From: Trichoplax adhaerens
Lineage: Eukaryota; Animalia; Placozoa
Direction of reading: 5' to 3'
Assembly: GCF_000150275.1 (NCBI RefSeq)
Contig: NW_002060965.1
Location: forward strand, 186,001-250,000
DNA: 64,000 bases
A program made the position numbers and the translations under genes. This document shows, one piece after another, positions 1 through 12,700 of the stretch. The number at the start of each line of letters is the position of its first letter. Within the stretch, counting starts at the first letter, position 1. Below the pieces are notes generated by a model. The model was not told where the DNA came from and did not search any database. It saw nothing but the letters and a program-made list of their open reading frames with translations.

Positions 1-668
1 TTCCCTGCTAATGATTATTGAAGGACAGTGTCGGAGCAATTATCGACTCGCAATGCGACTGAATTAATCCAACCGATTAAATTACAGCAATTTATTCTGT
101 AACCGTCGAGAATATGATTTACGTATCATTCGTATTTAATCAAAGTCTGATAAACCTTAAGTAAAATCTCTTTCATCTTGTCGACAACCTTTGTCTAGTC
201 AATGATATCCTTAATGTTTATTTTTATCATTATCAATCTGTTAAGTTTATTTTCGATATTATTTCTTTTATCTTTTCTCTAGTCTGATGGATAGCTCTAT
301 TTTAGGTTATAAATTATAAAAGCCGTTAAAGTACGATAGCTAAAATTTTGTTACTTTTGGTGCTGGCTTTTAAATTCTTCGATTTCGGTCCTAATCATTC
401 ATGCGTACAAATTTAAATAATTAATTTAATGGAACAAAATTGGCGTAACTCTGGAAACGCAATAATTGTTATCTTAATGTTAAAATTTATAATACATTCC
501 AAGCGTTGATCACCTTTGATCAATTATAATTGGATAGCCACACATTTGTTTACACTGATTGACTATTACTAATTGATTTGTATTATATGTAGACAAAATT
601 ATAAATTCTTATGGCGTCTAGTCCGATCATAACATTTCATTTTTTTGCCTTTTTATGATCATTTAGCC

Positions 669-723
669 ATGTCAATCAGTAACTCATCTACGATCGCTAC
701 TACTATGAAAGGAAACCAAACTG
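669..723 (+). CDS. GPCR-1 exon 1 (MSISNSSTIATTMKGNQT + G), extracellular N-terminus
   Basis: gccATG at 669, 18 codons plus 1 nt, then GTAAGT at 724. Carries NSS and NQT sequons. Phase 1 matches the acceptor at 1638-1639. Confidence 0.85.
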
Positions 724-1639
724 GTAAGTTAGCATTGCCTTGCAACGGCAAACTTTTGAGTTTTTCTTTGAGTAATGTCGTAGGCAAGTATAGCATCAAA
801 TTTGTCTTACTGCATATTCAGTTGGCGAACAATTCGGTTGATAAGCTACAGCATGTAACTTTTTAACATTCTCATGCTCCTATCGCTATATTTATTTTAG
901 GAAGAGTAGATCATGATTGGTAATACTTTCCCCATGTTCTTCGTGATCGTTAAGTTTACAATCAATCGCACAGTAAACAGTAAATAATATCCAGATTCTA
1001 TATTAGCAGCATATTATTACTCAAGCACTTGCTACCACAGATAGGGTAGTATCGAATCCAACTGAACAAAAAACTGAAAAATTGATGTGTTTAATCTTTA
1101 ATGATAATAATGATTTCCTGGAGAAAATTTTGTTGTTTTATTTTCTATGAACGTCCTAAATTTTTATTTTATTGCTGTATACATGAAGTTTATCATTCTT
1201 ACAATTTCTCCTAAACATAAAATAGTTATTAGTTGCTCTTGTAAGATCTAAACATTTTATTTCTATATCGTTCATCGGGAGATAGTAGCGTTGTAACAGT
1301 AGAACATATCAGGATAGTATTAGTAGATAGATTAAAGAGGCACTTCTTTTTTACTCATTTAATCTTACTGAGTCCTTGAACATGTCTGATGCATTACTAA
1401 AATCCTTTATTGGGTGCAAAAATGACTCTGCAATCATTTTGCATCGTCTTGTTTGCTACTAGATAATATCGATATAACGTAATACTGCATACGTCAACTA
1501 TATTACATGATTAGTGGTCCATATAAACTTTTGGTGATAAACTGAAAGTAATCGTAGCGCATAAAGCTGCGATAAATAAAGTGAAGCAAATGGACTAGAG
1601 TTTCAATACAAGGTCCTAATCAATTTCTCCATTCTCTAG

Positions 1640-2640
1640 AGGTTATTTTAGGAACAGAATACATCATCAGCGGACTATTAACCTTGTTTACCAACGGAGC
1701 ATTGTTGATGTTCATCTTGGCTAATAAGAAACTAAAGACGTCTAAACTCATTATAATTTGTAGCACATTGATTGCTGGCATACTCTTCGCTAGTTGCTAC
1801 ATTTTGCCTCGTTTTACGCTTTTACTTAAGAATGGACAATCTGAATGGCCTCAAGACTATCGTTGTGGATTGATATCGCGCCTTGGATTAGCCATTTTTT
1901 TCTGTTTAAATATTCATTTGATCATGAGAATTATGGAAATGTATATCCAAATTTGTCATCCATTCCAGTCGCAACATGTATTAACCAGTAGAAACATAAC
2001 ACTAGCGATATCATTGGTTTGGCTAATTACATTGTCTATACCGGCTGGATTTCAGATTTACTTTGAAACAAGTGTTAACATAACATCACTTCAGGACAAA
2101 AGCGAGTGTCACAGACTGTCTAATAATATTCTCATTACATTTAGTATAATTCTAGCTGGATTTTCTGCAATTATACTAATCATATGCTCAACAACTTATG
2201 CTAGAATTTTATGCATTGCTAAATCAAGCCGAAAAAGGCTACGGCACTTAAGTACCAGAACTAGTTCCACCACCGATAGCTGTATTACATGCCAGGATAG
2301 TAATCAGGAAAATTCTAAAAGGAACTCTAAAATAGGGGGGAAATTAGGAAAGATGGATAAAAGTTTAACGCAAACATTAATTCTTTTTATATTTTATTTA
2401 TTAGCAATTATGCCATTTTTAGTCTTGGTTCTGTATACGCAACTGTATTATAATGCTTTTGTACTTCGTCGTTGGCCAAGAAATTTAATCTTATTATTTC
2501 GCTATTGTCAGTATGTGGCTTTTCTATTTCCAGCCTTTCAGCCGATACTTTTTATGTTCTTTACGGCCGATATTAGAAAAGCTGTTTTCTCTAGATTACG
2601 TTGCCAGCGTAAGGAAACACGGTCTCCATCTTGTGTATAA
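1640..2640 (+). CDS. GPCR-1 exon 2: atypical class A-like 7TM receptor, subfamily A
   Basis: Acceptor ttctctAG|AG GTT ATT is in frame with ORF 1684-2640. Seven hydrophobic segments, TM1 Asn, TM3 Cys (RCG), EMY..ICHP at the DRY position, TM4 Trp, MPF in TM6, QPILF in TM7. Confidence 0.88.
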
Positions 2641-4373
2641 ATTGGTTTCATTTTGTGGTTACTCCAGACAAGTAAAGCAAATATCAAAACATCCATTCTT
2701 CTAGAGTTATTGGTCTATACAATATTGGTCGGCGTTGTTTCTTGTTAATTAGAAATTAAGAAACAGAGATCGAAATGTTTTTTCAACTGCAGGTGACGGT
2801 TCTCAATTTAGATGCTAATGCTTTATTTTTCATAACTTGGTTCATGCTGATGTGGTACTCTATGCAGCAAATCATCAATTTATTTTTAAGTATCGTACTT
2901 AATCAATATTACTATGAAATTAAATTCGTTTGCTATCTTTGATATACATCAACGAAATTAGCCTTTTCATAGTTGAATATGGTAAGAAATAGATTAAAAT
3001 AAGCCTGCCTACTTCTCCGACTAGCGGTGATCTAATATCACGTTATATGATGCATATCAACACACAATCTTGATTATATTTAAGCAGTAATAAAAAAATT
3101 TAATTTATTATGATATATTACAGATTATTAGATTCATCAGTTACTATCAGTCAATAACTTTGGCTTTGAAATTGTCGAAAATTGTGACTACAGAAGTGAA
3201 CTCTAATTTTATATTTTAATGTACAAAGATTACCGCATTTGTACTGACAGAAAGGAGGAAGACATCATATTCCTAACACAAATCTATAATTAGTACGTAT
3301 TTGAAATATTTTATTAACTGTGTTAACGGAATAGCTAATATCGAAGTGAGAATTTAATGTAATAAGATACAAGCTTTATGATAAAGATTATAAGTTATAC
3401 AAATTGATACACTGTATATAGCAAATATATGCTAATTTTATGCGGGAATATTTATTCTAAATAATGATCAAACCTTTTCGTTATCTCGTCTGTACTAGTA
3501 ATTTCATAACATTATGTTCAACTGTACGCGATATAATTGATAACCTTAAATATTAAGAAAGGGAATTCTACTCATCTTGGTAAGAGAAAATAAAGGAAAG
3601 TAAAGTAATGCAATGAATATTTCCATGTTAGTAGCAGCAAAACTTTATATTACTATTCTAACAATCTAATTTTAATCTGAAGCACTGCCTTCTTCCACAA
3701 TTATCGTACTTTTTATATATACTGCATGAAATCGGTTTCAGTGTATCGAATTAAAATCGATGTTTCAGCTTCCATTACATCATACAGCGGTAGTAACCTT
3801 ATTTAGTGAAGTTTAAATAAAGCATCGCAATCAATTCAAAATGTTAAATTGATTGAAGGTATGAGACAATACGATTCTATTAGGTCAATTTGAAAAGATA
3901 ATTAATTAAACTTGTATTGCTATATTTTAAGAAAAAACGAATCATGCTTGTTTTTATCTCTGAAGAGTTTCATCTATAATTCATTATACATCAAAAGGCA
4001 AAAGTTAGTACATATTTGTAGATATCAACGAATTAAAATAAATTTATAATATTCAGGAAAGTAGATAGTTTGACCAGAATACTTCTTTCTTCAAGATCAT
4101 GTTTTAGTTGTGAATCATATGCACCGTGATAGCTATGGCAGTATACCCTGGCATTATCATATTAATAAGACTGATTGATTAGAAAGAGACCTATTAAATA
4201 TTTTAAAATTTGCAGGATCTCATGGTAGGGATATCTTTATTATAAAAGTCTTGCAGAGAATGAATTTGTTATGGCAAAAGCTTGAGTAACTTCCAGAATC
4301 CCTTAATGATTACAGATGCCTGCAACAAGAATACCACAGTAAAATATTGTGAACAACACTTATGTAGACTAGA

Positions 4374-4870
4374 AACGGCATCATATATCATGTCATACTC
4401 GATCAAATCCATATCAATAGCAAATTAATACATAAAATTATAACCATGATGTAGTGTAGTTATGCAAGATTAAAATTGACTAACCATGCCATCATTTATC
4501 TTGAAATACTTGATCCAGTATATATCAGCAGCAAATTAATAAAGTTATATTATACCCATGATTTAGAATAGTATAGTAGGCATGTGTCATTGTTAGTATA
4601 TAAAGACACGAAACAATATATTATTAATAACATTAAATTGTTCAGTCATTGTAATTAGCTAAAATTGTAGTAAAACAGCATTATTTATTATGTTATGATC
4701 GATGATGAACATACCAGTAGCAAATTAATAAAGGAGAATTATAGCATGATTCAATATAATAAAGTAAGACACGTGCCATTACCAACGTAATAGATGCGCG
4801 AAATAATGTATTATTAATAGTTTAAAAATTTCCAGGTACTGTAATTAGCTAAAACTGTAGTAAAATAGCC
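4374..4870. repeat. Diverged tandem repeat (two ~190-bp units plus a shorter first unit)
   Basis: AGCAAATTAATA...CATGAT occurs three times; TGTAATTAGCTAAAA[T/C]TGTAGTAAAA occurs twice. Confidence 0.75.
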
Positions 4871-7800
4871 TCATTAGAAATTTAACAACTCCGTTCAGTT
4901 AGAGAAATATGACAAATAAATTCTACTGACGCCAGAAACACATTTGCTGTAGCGTAATTCTGTCCAACTTTACCACATAAAAAAATATTGTGTTCGTATT
5001 TTAGGCCGATAATGGCTGTTTGAAGTCTAATATTGAAGGATCATACTATAACAATATCTATTTTTTAGCAAGTATCTGCATGCAATACGGATATAAATAA
5101 TTGAGGTATAACATTATTTTCCTATTCATCCAGCTCCTGCCACTGCATTGTGATAGAAAGACTTACACATTATTTTATGTGTGTGTATAACATAACCGTT
5201 ATTACCAGAAATGAACAATGTAACAAAGTAATACTAAAGTTTTACCTAAAATATTTATTCTATACTTAACTAGCCTTCATAAACGCCAAGCGGTAATTTC
5301 CATTAAATTAGAAATTTTAATTTTTATTACCATTCGAATCAATAGCAAACGGTATCAAATAGATTAAAAATCCAATAAAATTATAGTTTCAATATTCGGC
5401 ATGATTTGATAAGAACTCAAGTGAATAACATCTTAGAATGCCATATTAAGAATTAAGACATAACTCTAAATTAAATTTCCTTGCTAAATCTTTAGTATAC
5501 CTATTATTTCTGAAATATCTACCACAATTTAAAAATAGCAGCGTGAAGTGCTTCATCGGACCCTGCTTGTCGAAATACACATTTAGTGCCATAAAATATT
5601 GAATATTGGGATTACTGTCACAGTTTTTGATAAATAATGTTTTCATTGAGCTGAATACATTAAGATAACGAAACTCAATCGAAAAATTCTTTAGGTGTAT
5701 TATTTTCTAACCGATCGAAAACAAACTTTCTAAAAGATACGGTGCTTTAAAACTCTGGATTGACTATCGTCGAAAGAAAACTCCTAATACGTATGGAAGC
5801 AGTTTTAAGTATAACTAGTATTGCACTGTCATAGGAGTTTATATTTTACTTAATTAATTTTGAAAGAGCTCGTAATTTTATATTTCCTAGAATTAACAAA
5901 AAATCAATTTTTAAGATTTTTAAATTTTTTTTCTAGAATGTCTCCAAGATTACTAAAGCCTTCAAATTGTCATTATATACTGGATAACTTTTGCTACCTA
6001 AATGATATTATGCGTAATATACAATAAAAGAATATTTTATTAAGGCAATATTTATTTAGCTTTTCACTATATCATCTATTTTCGCTTTAAAATTACCTAA
6101 TCAACGTGAACTCAAAGAATTAAGTAATATCTCATTTATAAAACTATTGCAATTGAATAGACATAGCGATAAGCAATGCATCATCTGAATGCCATGAAAT
6201 TACTAATCGATTATTTACGATGAAAGACGAAGATTGAATACAGTAAAGCTTTTACTTAGAGTTTTAAAGGCGATAGCCATCTACTATCATGCTGTGTTGA
6301 GTAAGCGACAGATATGGAAAATAATTGTGCTATGGCATAAAGAAATGTTAGGTCCAAAACTTCTGATGATTCTATTTAGATGCCTAATTTGATTTTATAT
6401 GCTGTTGTAAAAAATTGGCATATTCTATTCTTTAAATCAATAAACACAGCAATCATTTTATCATTTAACGAACTATTGCTTGGACGTGAAACAAAAATAC
6501 CCAAGTCTTAATTATGATTAAATTATTACCATTTCCCGTAAATAAGTCATGATAGATATCAACTATATTTCAGTCATTCATAGGCTTTGTTTTCTGGCGA
6601 TTATAGTCAACATTACTTAATTTTGTAATATCATTTGAAGAAATCAAATAATAGCTTACACATAAATTTAAGTCTTCTATGTCTGTCGAGGTTGCTTCTG
6701 TGTACGTTCTGTTTACTTGCTGTATAGACAACTTGTCTATCAGAACTTAATAGTTGTTATGGATTGGATAAATTCATGTGAAAATAGTGATAGTGCTAAA
6801 TTGACTTTAGATGAAATTATTTACTAGGCTGATTGTAATCCTATTCTCGTAACTATACAAGTTTTTGTAGTTAGTTCACTCTTATTAGGAACCCCGGTCT
6901 TTCTTCAAAATGTAAAAATATGCTAGTAATTTATTTTAAGGTGAAACTAGTTCACACCTCCGTTTTTCCATTGTAATAAGAAACTTTCAAGTTAATTTTG
7001 GCTAGAGCATCTACCCAATAAACATAATTTTAATATCTTAAAGAATCCAATATAAAAATAGCTAACCATAATGATCTGATTGATCATTGTGATCCTTACT
7101 GCCATTGAATTTAATTAAGATTAAACCCACTATATTCTGATAAAGGTTATAAAGTCTGTTGCGAAGCAAAATCTATAATTAAACTATTCTATGGATTTAG
7201 AATAAAGCAATTGAAACTGCTATAGACTATTACGCTTATGTCATTAATAATTACTGAATTATAATTTTGAATACATAAGATCATAATTGTTAAATTGGTA
7301 ATATTAAATTATGTCTTTGAGATAAAGTTTGATTATGAGCATATTATTGATAAAAGAATAAGAATAATAGTCGGGAGTTTTAGAATACTAGAATCCATGA
7401 TATTTTAGTCTACAATATGGCGAATAAGAATAAAGATAGAGAATTTTTTAGAAATAGCTTTATGTATCAATAATCAATTATTAAATAATAGTATAATTAG
7501 TTTCGGATTCGCTTGAATAAGTAATGATCAGGAAGCAAATATAAAATAAACATCGGTAAATTTTAGTTTCAACTTTTCAACTCATCGGTTCATGTTGACT
7601 TTTTATTGTCACTCATATGGTAATATCTTTCCGCAATAGTCGTCGTCCTAAGATTAACATTCTCTTATTTGAGCTAGGTTAGTGGTATTTTTATTTCTAT
7701 TTTATTTTCCGTAGTATATCTACGAAATTGATAAGGCTGCCTATTTGCTGCAAGTAGATTAAAAATACAGGTAATTTAGCTTATTCAGTTGCCCGACATC

Positions 7801-9854
7801 TACTTGAAATGACTGTCAAAATATGTCCGAGTGCAAGTAAAATAATCCATAGATTTCGAATCTATTGATCCTGTATTAAGTTAGAATGTAGAGTATACTT
7901 CAACTTCAAACATAAAATTGAATGTTAAATTCTAATTTTTTTTTCGGGAGACATTTTTTGATATTTTATTCCTGCCTGGAGTTGTTTGGATAAGTATTTT
8001 ATCAAATATCTATATGAAAATGTATTTGGATCGTACCCGATAGCTATAAAAAATTTGCTTGCAGAATAGACTTCTATTAATCTGCATCGTATCTTAAGAT
8101 TAGCAACCATTATGAGTAAGTTGCTAATTGTTTAATAACTTTATTTTATTTCCAGTCCTTAAATACTAGAAATTATGAGGGAAAAGCAATTTAATGATCA
8201 TACTACAGTCTATATGTTATTAGATCTGTATCAAAATATTAGTTAGGCATGTGTAATTATGAAATTTAACGGTTTTATATAAAGATGCAATGCTATGATG
8301 TACAGTTTTCAAGCATCTGCTCTTATTGTGGAAATATCGAATTTTAAATTAGATACAATTTTATATTTTAAAGGGTATTATCGCTCGACATAGCATAAGG
8401 CGATAAGTTAAATGAAAAGCTATGTTACAATTTACGGCATATGAGCTAGATTTAGCATTAAAACTTTTACCAATTTTCCCCCGTTGGATGAAGTATAAAT
8501 CTATATTAAATATTCTTTATTCAAGGTTGAAAGACTAATGTTAAGTCACTAGATAAAGATTGCTTCATTACTTCATTCTAAAATGCATAAAGTTATGGCG
8601 TGGTAGGTATTACTAAAATTTAAATTATCACAGCAAGGTCATTAGTGCGATTTTTGTTTCTAGATAATTACCTACTTAGCTGTATAAGCAGTAACTCCAC
8701 ATAAATATATAATGGTTATTGATGATGAGGCATAGGTAGAAATTATTAATTTTAAATTAGAACTCTATGTTTACTCCCAATTCTGACTCTTCGTATAAAA
8801 ATAAGGAGCAAACTCTACATACATAAATTGATACTTAGAATTAATTTGAATGATTCTATCTAAAAGTTTTGTATTAAAATAAAAACAGGCAGATCTACTT
8901 TTGGAAAGATACATATCTTGTTGTAATCCGATATTAGAAGATAATGTAAAATACGTAAATCTGATTAATTTGCAAGCATGCAATTTACTGCAACTTTTAC
9001 AGAATAGATTTATAATTTTATTTTGTAATATTTTGTTCCATTAATCCTCTATAATATAATCCGAAGTTGATATGGCGGAAAAATTTATTCCACGCTTACA
9101 ACTGTGCTTGAGTATTCAGCAGCTACAATAGCTATTTATGCCAATACAAAAAGTCCTTAAATCTAAAACAATTCAACTATGTTTAAAATTGACATTTCAA
9201 CATGTAGAAGGTTATTTGAGATGTTTATGATTGCTGTAATTGGTATTTAATGATACAATTACCATTACTATAGCGTGAAGTGTGTAAATTAATGATGTAT
9301 TTGCAATACGCTTGTTCATAAAATAAGAGTACCAGACTTGAACGTATGAGTAAAGAGACTCAAAAATTTCATTTTTCCAGACAATAACAGTTGCCAATGA
9401 TATGTGCAATATTAATAACCATTAGCAGCTATAGGGTTCAATTTTAAAATAATAAAATCTAAATCTCAAACGTTTAGTACATCTAAGCGAATTAAGGGAA
9501 TTTGATAAAAGTGATTGAAAAAATTTCATTTAATATGTTGTTACGTGGCATAAGATATTGAAACATAGTAGGAAAATATAGTGCGGTACCCTCTGAGCAT
9601 AAGGGTATTTTTTTTATCTAATTTAACAGTTTTGAGAGAACAACAGCAATATTAATTCGTTCATCACAGAACGCTCTACCACGTTTCTACGTTTTGCGAT
9701 ATAGCTACCTTCAAAATGAACATGACTATGATCATATTTTAATTCTGATGTTATTATTAATAACTATAGATTGGCAAGAAAATTTGTGGATCTTTGGCTT
9801 ATACAACGCTTAAATAAAAAATATTAGAAAAATTTAAATCAAAAAAACATCGAT

Positions 9855-9888
9855 ATGCAGGCTTATAATTCTACTACAGAAATTACCA
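9855..9888 (+). CDS. GPCR-2 exon 1 (MQAYNSTTEIT + A)
   Basis: ATG at 9855, 11 codons plus 1 nt, GTAAGT at 9889. NST sequon. Phase 1 matches the acceptor at 11043-11044. Confidence 0.8.
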
Positions 9889-9897
9889 GTAAGTACT

Positions 9898-10531
9898 TGT
9901 GACAGTGTTATATACTGTATTAGAGTGCAAATATCTATGTTAGGATAATTCTGTTAGCCCATCCTTATTTAGTCAACTTCTAATTTGGATACACTGTGTT
10001 TTAATATAGCACTGAATTTTTATGACAGTGACACATATATTGTACACATACTGAATTAATAGTTATAATAGGGAATGCAAATCACCTACTTACTGTTCGA
10101 ATCATTGTGATTTTAACTTACTTATGATAGATTGTAAATTATCGTGGAAATATTCCGTGATAGGAAATATCGTAATCTGACTATTCTGTATTAGCCATCA
10201 CATGTCTATGTTCGTAATTACTGTTGTCTACATTAAGAGAGCAGTAGCTAAAATTAATATCTAATTCAGTAAATGATTCCAAAGTTAATCGTACTAACTA
10301 TGACTCATGAACTATTGAGGTATAGTATATAAATTCAGTATATCGTGTAATAAAGTAGATTCTCAAACTTAGTGTTTAACGTAAAATATGAGGCGTCTAA
10401 GTCTTGGTGGAGTCTGCTAGTAAAGCAAAAGTGTTTGTGATAGTGCAGATATCGTTCCTTGATACGTGGTTCAAGGAATTGATTTATTGATCGTACATTA
10501 TGTTATCTTGTTGCAAAGCTGCTTTGTGACA
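9898..10531 (+). mobile_element. Solo LTR, family A copy 1 (634 bp), in the GPCR-2 intron
   Basis: TGTGACA...TGTGACA (TG..CA) termini. Perfect TSD GTACT at 9893-9897 and 10532-10536. TATATAAA at 10326 and AATAAA at 10349. A close second copy lies at 57.8-58.4 kb. Confidence 0.85.
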
Positions 10532-11044
10532 GTACTGCATAATTTAAGTTCAATGATCTATTACCAAATTTTTCTCTCATCAAGGCTTAAAATGATTTAT
10601 TCATGTTATTGGCGTTTTTAAGATAATTTGAGACTTAATCAACCATGATATTCAGTAGTGATCCTTTAGTGATTTTTAAGCTAGAATTATATGTCTATAA
10701 TTTTAAGTCATTGTCATGGTCAAATACATCTAAAAGTATCAATCTCATATAAATTCAGCAAAATAATTAGCAAATAAATTCTTTTATATGCTCTTTAATA
10801 CAGTATTAATGCCTGAGCATCAAGATAATTGTACATTTATACAATAAAAACTAAACTTCTTGCAACGAAATCATAAGTAACTTTGTGACAGCTGTAAGAA
10901 TAGCATTCTTGCCTCAAGTCAACGATAAATTATCCAGAATTGTCCATGAATAACGCTTACTTATATTCTTAAATGCTGTATTTTAGTAAATATTACCTGA
11001 AACTATATGCAACATTGTAATTACTCTATTTTTAAATTATTTAG

Positions 11045-11994
11045 TCATTTTAGCACCTAAATACATCATCAGTGGAATACTGACTGTATTAACTAATTTC
11101 ATCTTACTGGTCTTTATGCTGAGACATGCTAAACTAAGAACTCACCGACATTCCATCACAATTAGTGCATTAGTAACTGCCATTTTATTTTCAATCCTTT
11201 ATATTTTACCAAGATTTACATATTATACTGTTCAAGGAGATATTATTCAACCAAGATCAGTTCGGTTAGGATTATTCTCCCGCATTGGTCAAACCCTTTT
11301 CTTATCCTTAAATATTCACATCTTCTTAAGAAGTATCCAGATGTATATGATGATATGCCATCCCTTAAACGGGATAGTTTGGCTAAATAGGCAAAATTTA
11401 AGCATTTTACTGATCATCGTATGGGGGATTACTATTGCTATTCCTCTTGGAAGTCAAATTTATTTCGAAATACTGATATACAATTTGGATGAGTCTCGTA
11501 TCTATCAGTATATTATGATATCACTTCAGTTCGTCCGAATATTTAGTATTTTTTTGGCTGCATTTTCCTTGATTGTCTTGTTGGTTCTAATTTTTGCGTA
11601 TGCCAAAGTTTATTCAGTTGCTAATAAAGCTGCTCACGAAATTCGTAAATTAAGTATTGGTCGGACAAGATCGAATTCTTTGATACCGAAGTTAAGGAAA
11701 CGAAGTAAAGCCATGTTTCAAGTTTTAACGATTTACTCTTGTTACATCATATTTTGGATGCCATTCTTGATTATTATACTCTATTCTCAGTTCTTACGAG
11801 ATTATAACAGAGAACAAACTCCTGAAGAAAGACAATTATTGGACCGAGCTCTTCGGTCTCTGCAGTATATTGCATTCCTGTTTCCTGCCATTCAACCAAT
11901 CCTATTCGCTGTTTTTACGGCTGATATTTACCATGAACTAGTTGTCTCATGGCGTAGAAAAGTAATTACTAAGAAAGCTTGTATAAATAACTAA
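11045..11994 (+). CDS. GPCR-2 exon 2: atypical class A-like 7TM receptor, subfamily B
   Basis: Acceptor ttatttAG|TC ATT TTA GCA is in frame with ORF 11116-11994 and supplies TM1. Motifs QMY..ICHP, FWMPF, QPILF. Paralogous to the other three receptors. Confidence 0.88.
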
Positions 11995-12199
11995 ATCTTG
12001 AGTCCATGTCGTATTCTTTTTGTATCATACTTTGTAAGTAATGAATTAAAATAAATTTTATTAATCTCTGCATGTATTAAGCCATTAGTATTTGTAGTTT
12101 TTACAGGAAATATTTGTATTCTCTTTTCAATAGCAGTGGCTTCTAATCTGTTTCCTCTAACTATTCTACACTTTGATTTAATACTTGTTGTTGTAGTTA

Positions 12200-12700
12200 G
12201 AAGAATGATTACGATGTGGAATTCTGGAACCTCATATCACGTCATTTGCTCGCTTATTTGAAACTAATCTAGATAAAATGTTTGTCCAATGATTTCGAGG
12301 AACAGTTCTATGTAAATCATAAATTTTTCGTGATTATTAAAATCCTTATTTATATATCTTGATAGCCTGCCAAAACTATATCATAATCTGGGTCTAGTAA
12401 TAGAGCATTTAGTTACTAGCAATTTCATAAGCTCTTTATTGATGTCTGAAATAGTCTGAAATCTAGGAAGAATTTACTTAAATTTTTTTGTATTTTCCTT
12501 TCCTAGACCACAATTTCAGTAATAAATGGCTATGATTCTTAAATGATTATTAAATCTTCCGTACTGCTTTTAAAAAAGTACTGTATTCTATACTCTTAAA
12601 TTGGATTCATTAATGAACTTTTACCTTACGGATTAAGATTTATCTTTTTTGTTCCATCCATATACACATCTTAGTTGATTTGATGTTGCCACTTTATATT
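12200..12700 (-). mobile_element. Probable decayed non-LTR (L1/Tx1-type) APE endonuclease relic
   Basis: Minus-strand fragments in APE order: YKVATSN (12698-12678), GRF..LRIIAIY..N (12560-12522), DIVLAG (12382-12365), YDLHR..WT...SRL (12321-12265). Interrupted by stops, frameshifts and deletions. Confidence 0.4.

Noticed and set aside
645-866. 73-aa ORF as a stand-alone gene
   Set aside because: It is GPCR-1 exon 1 (669-723) read through into the intron, with a TTG start.
1382-1462. MSDALLKSFIG... as an alternative first exon
   Set aside because: It has no good phase-1 donor and ends in a stop; the exon at 669 fits far better.
12358-12483. Plus-strand TPR-like fragment (LYHNLGLV...NLGRIY)
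   Set aside because: Wrong spacing and an internal stop; the opposite strand is better explained as an endonuclease relic.
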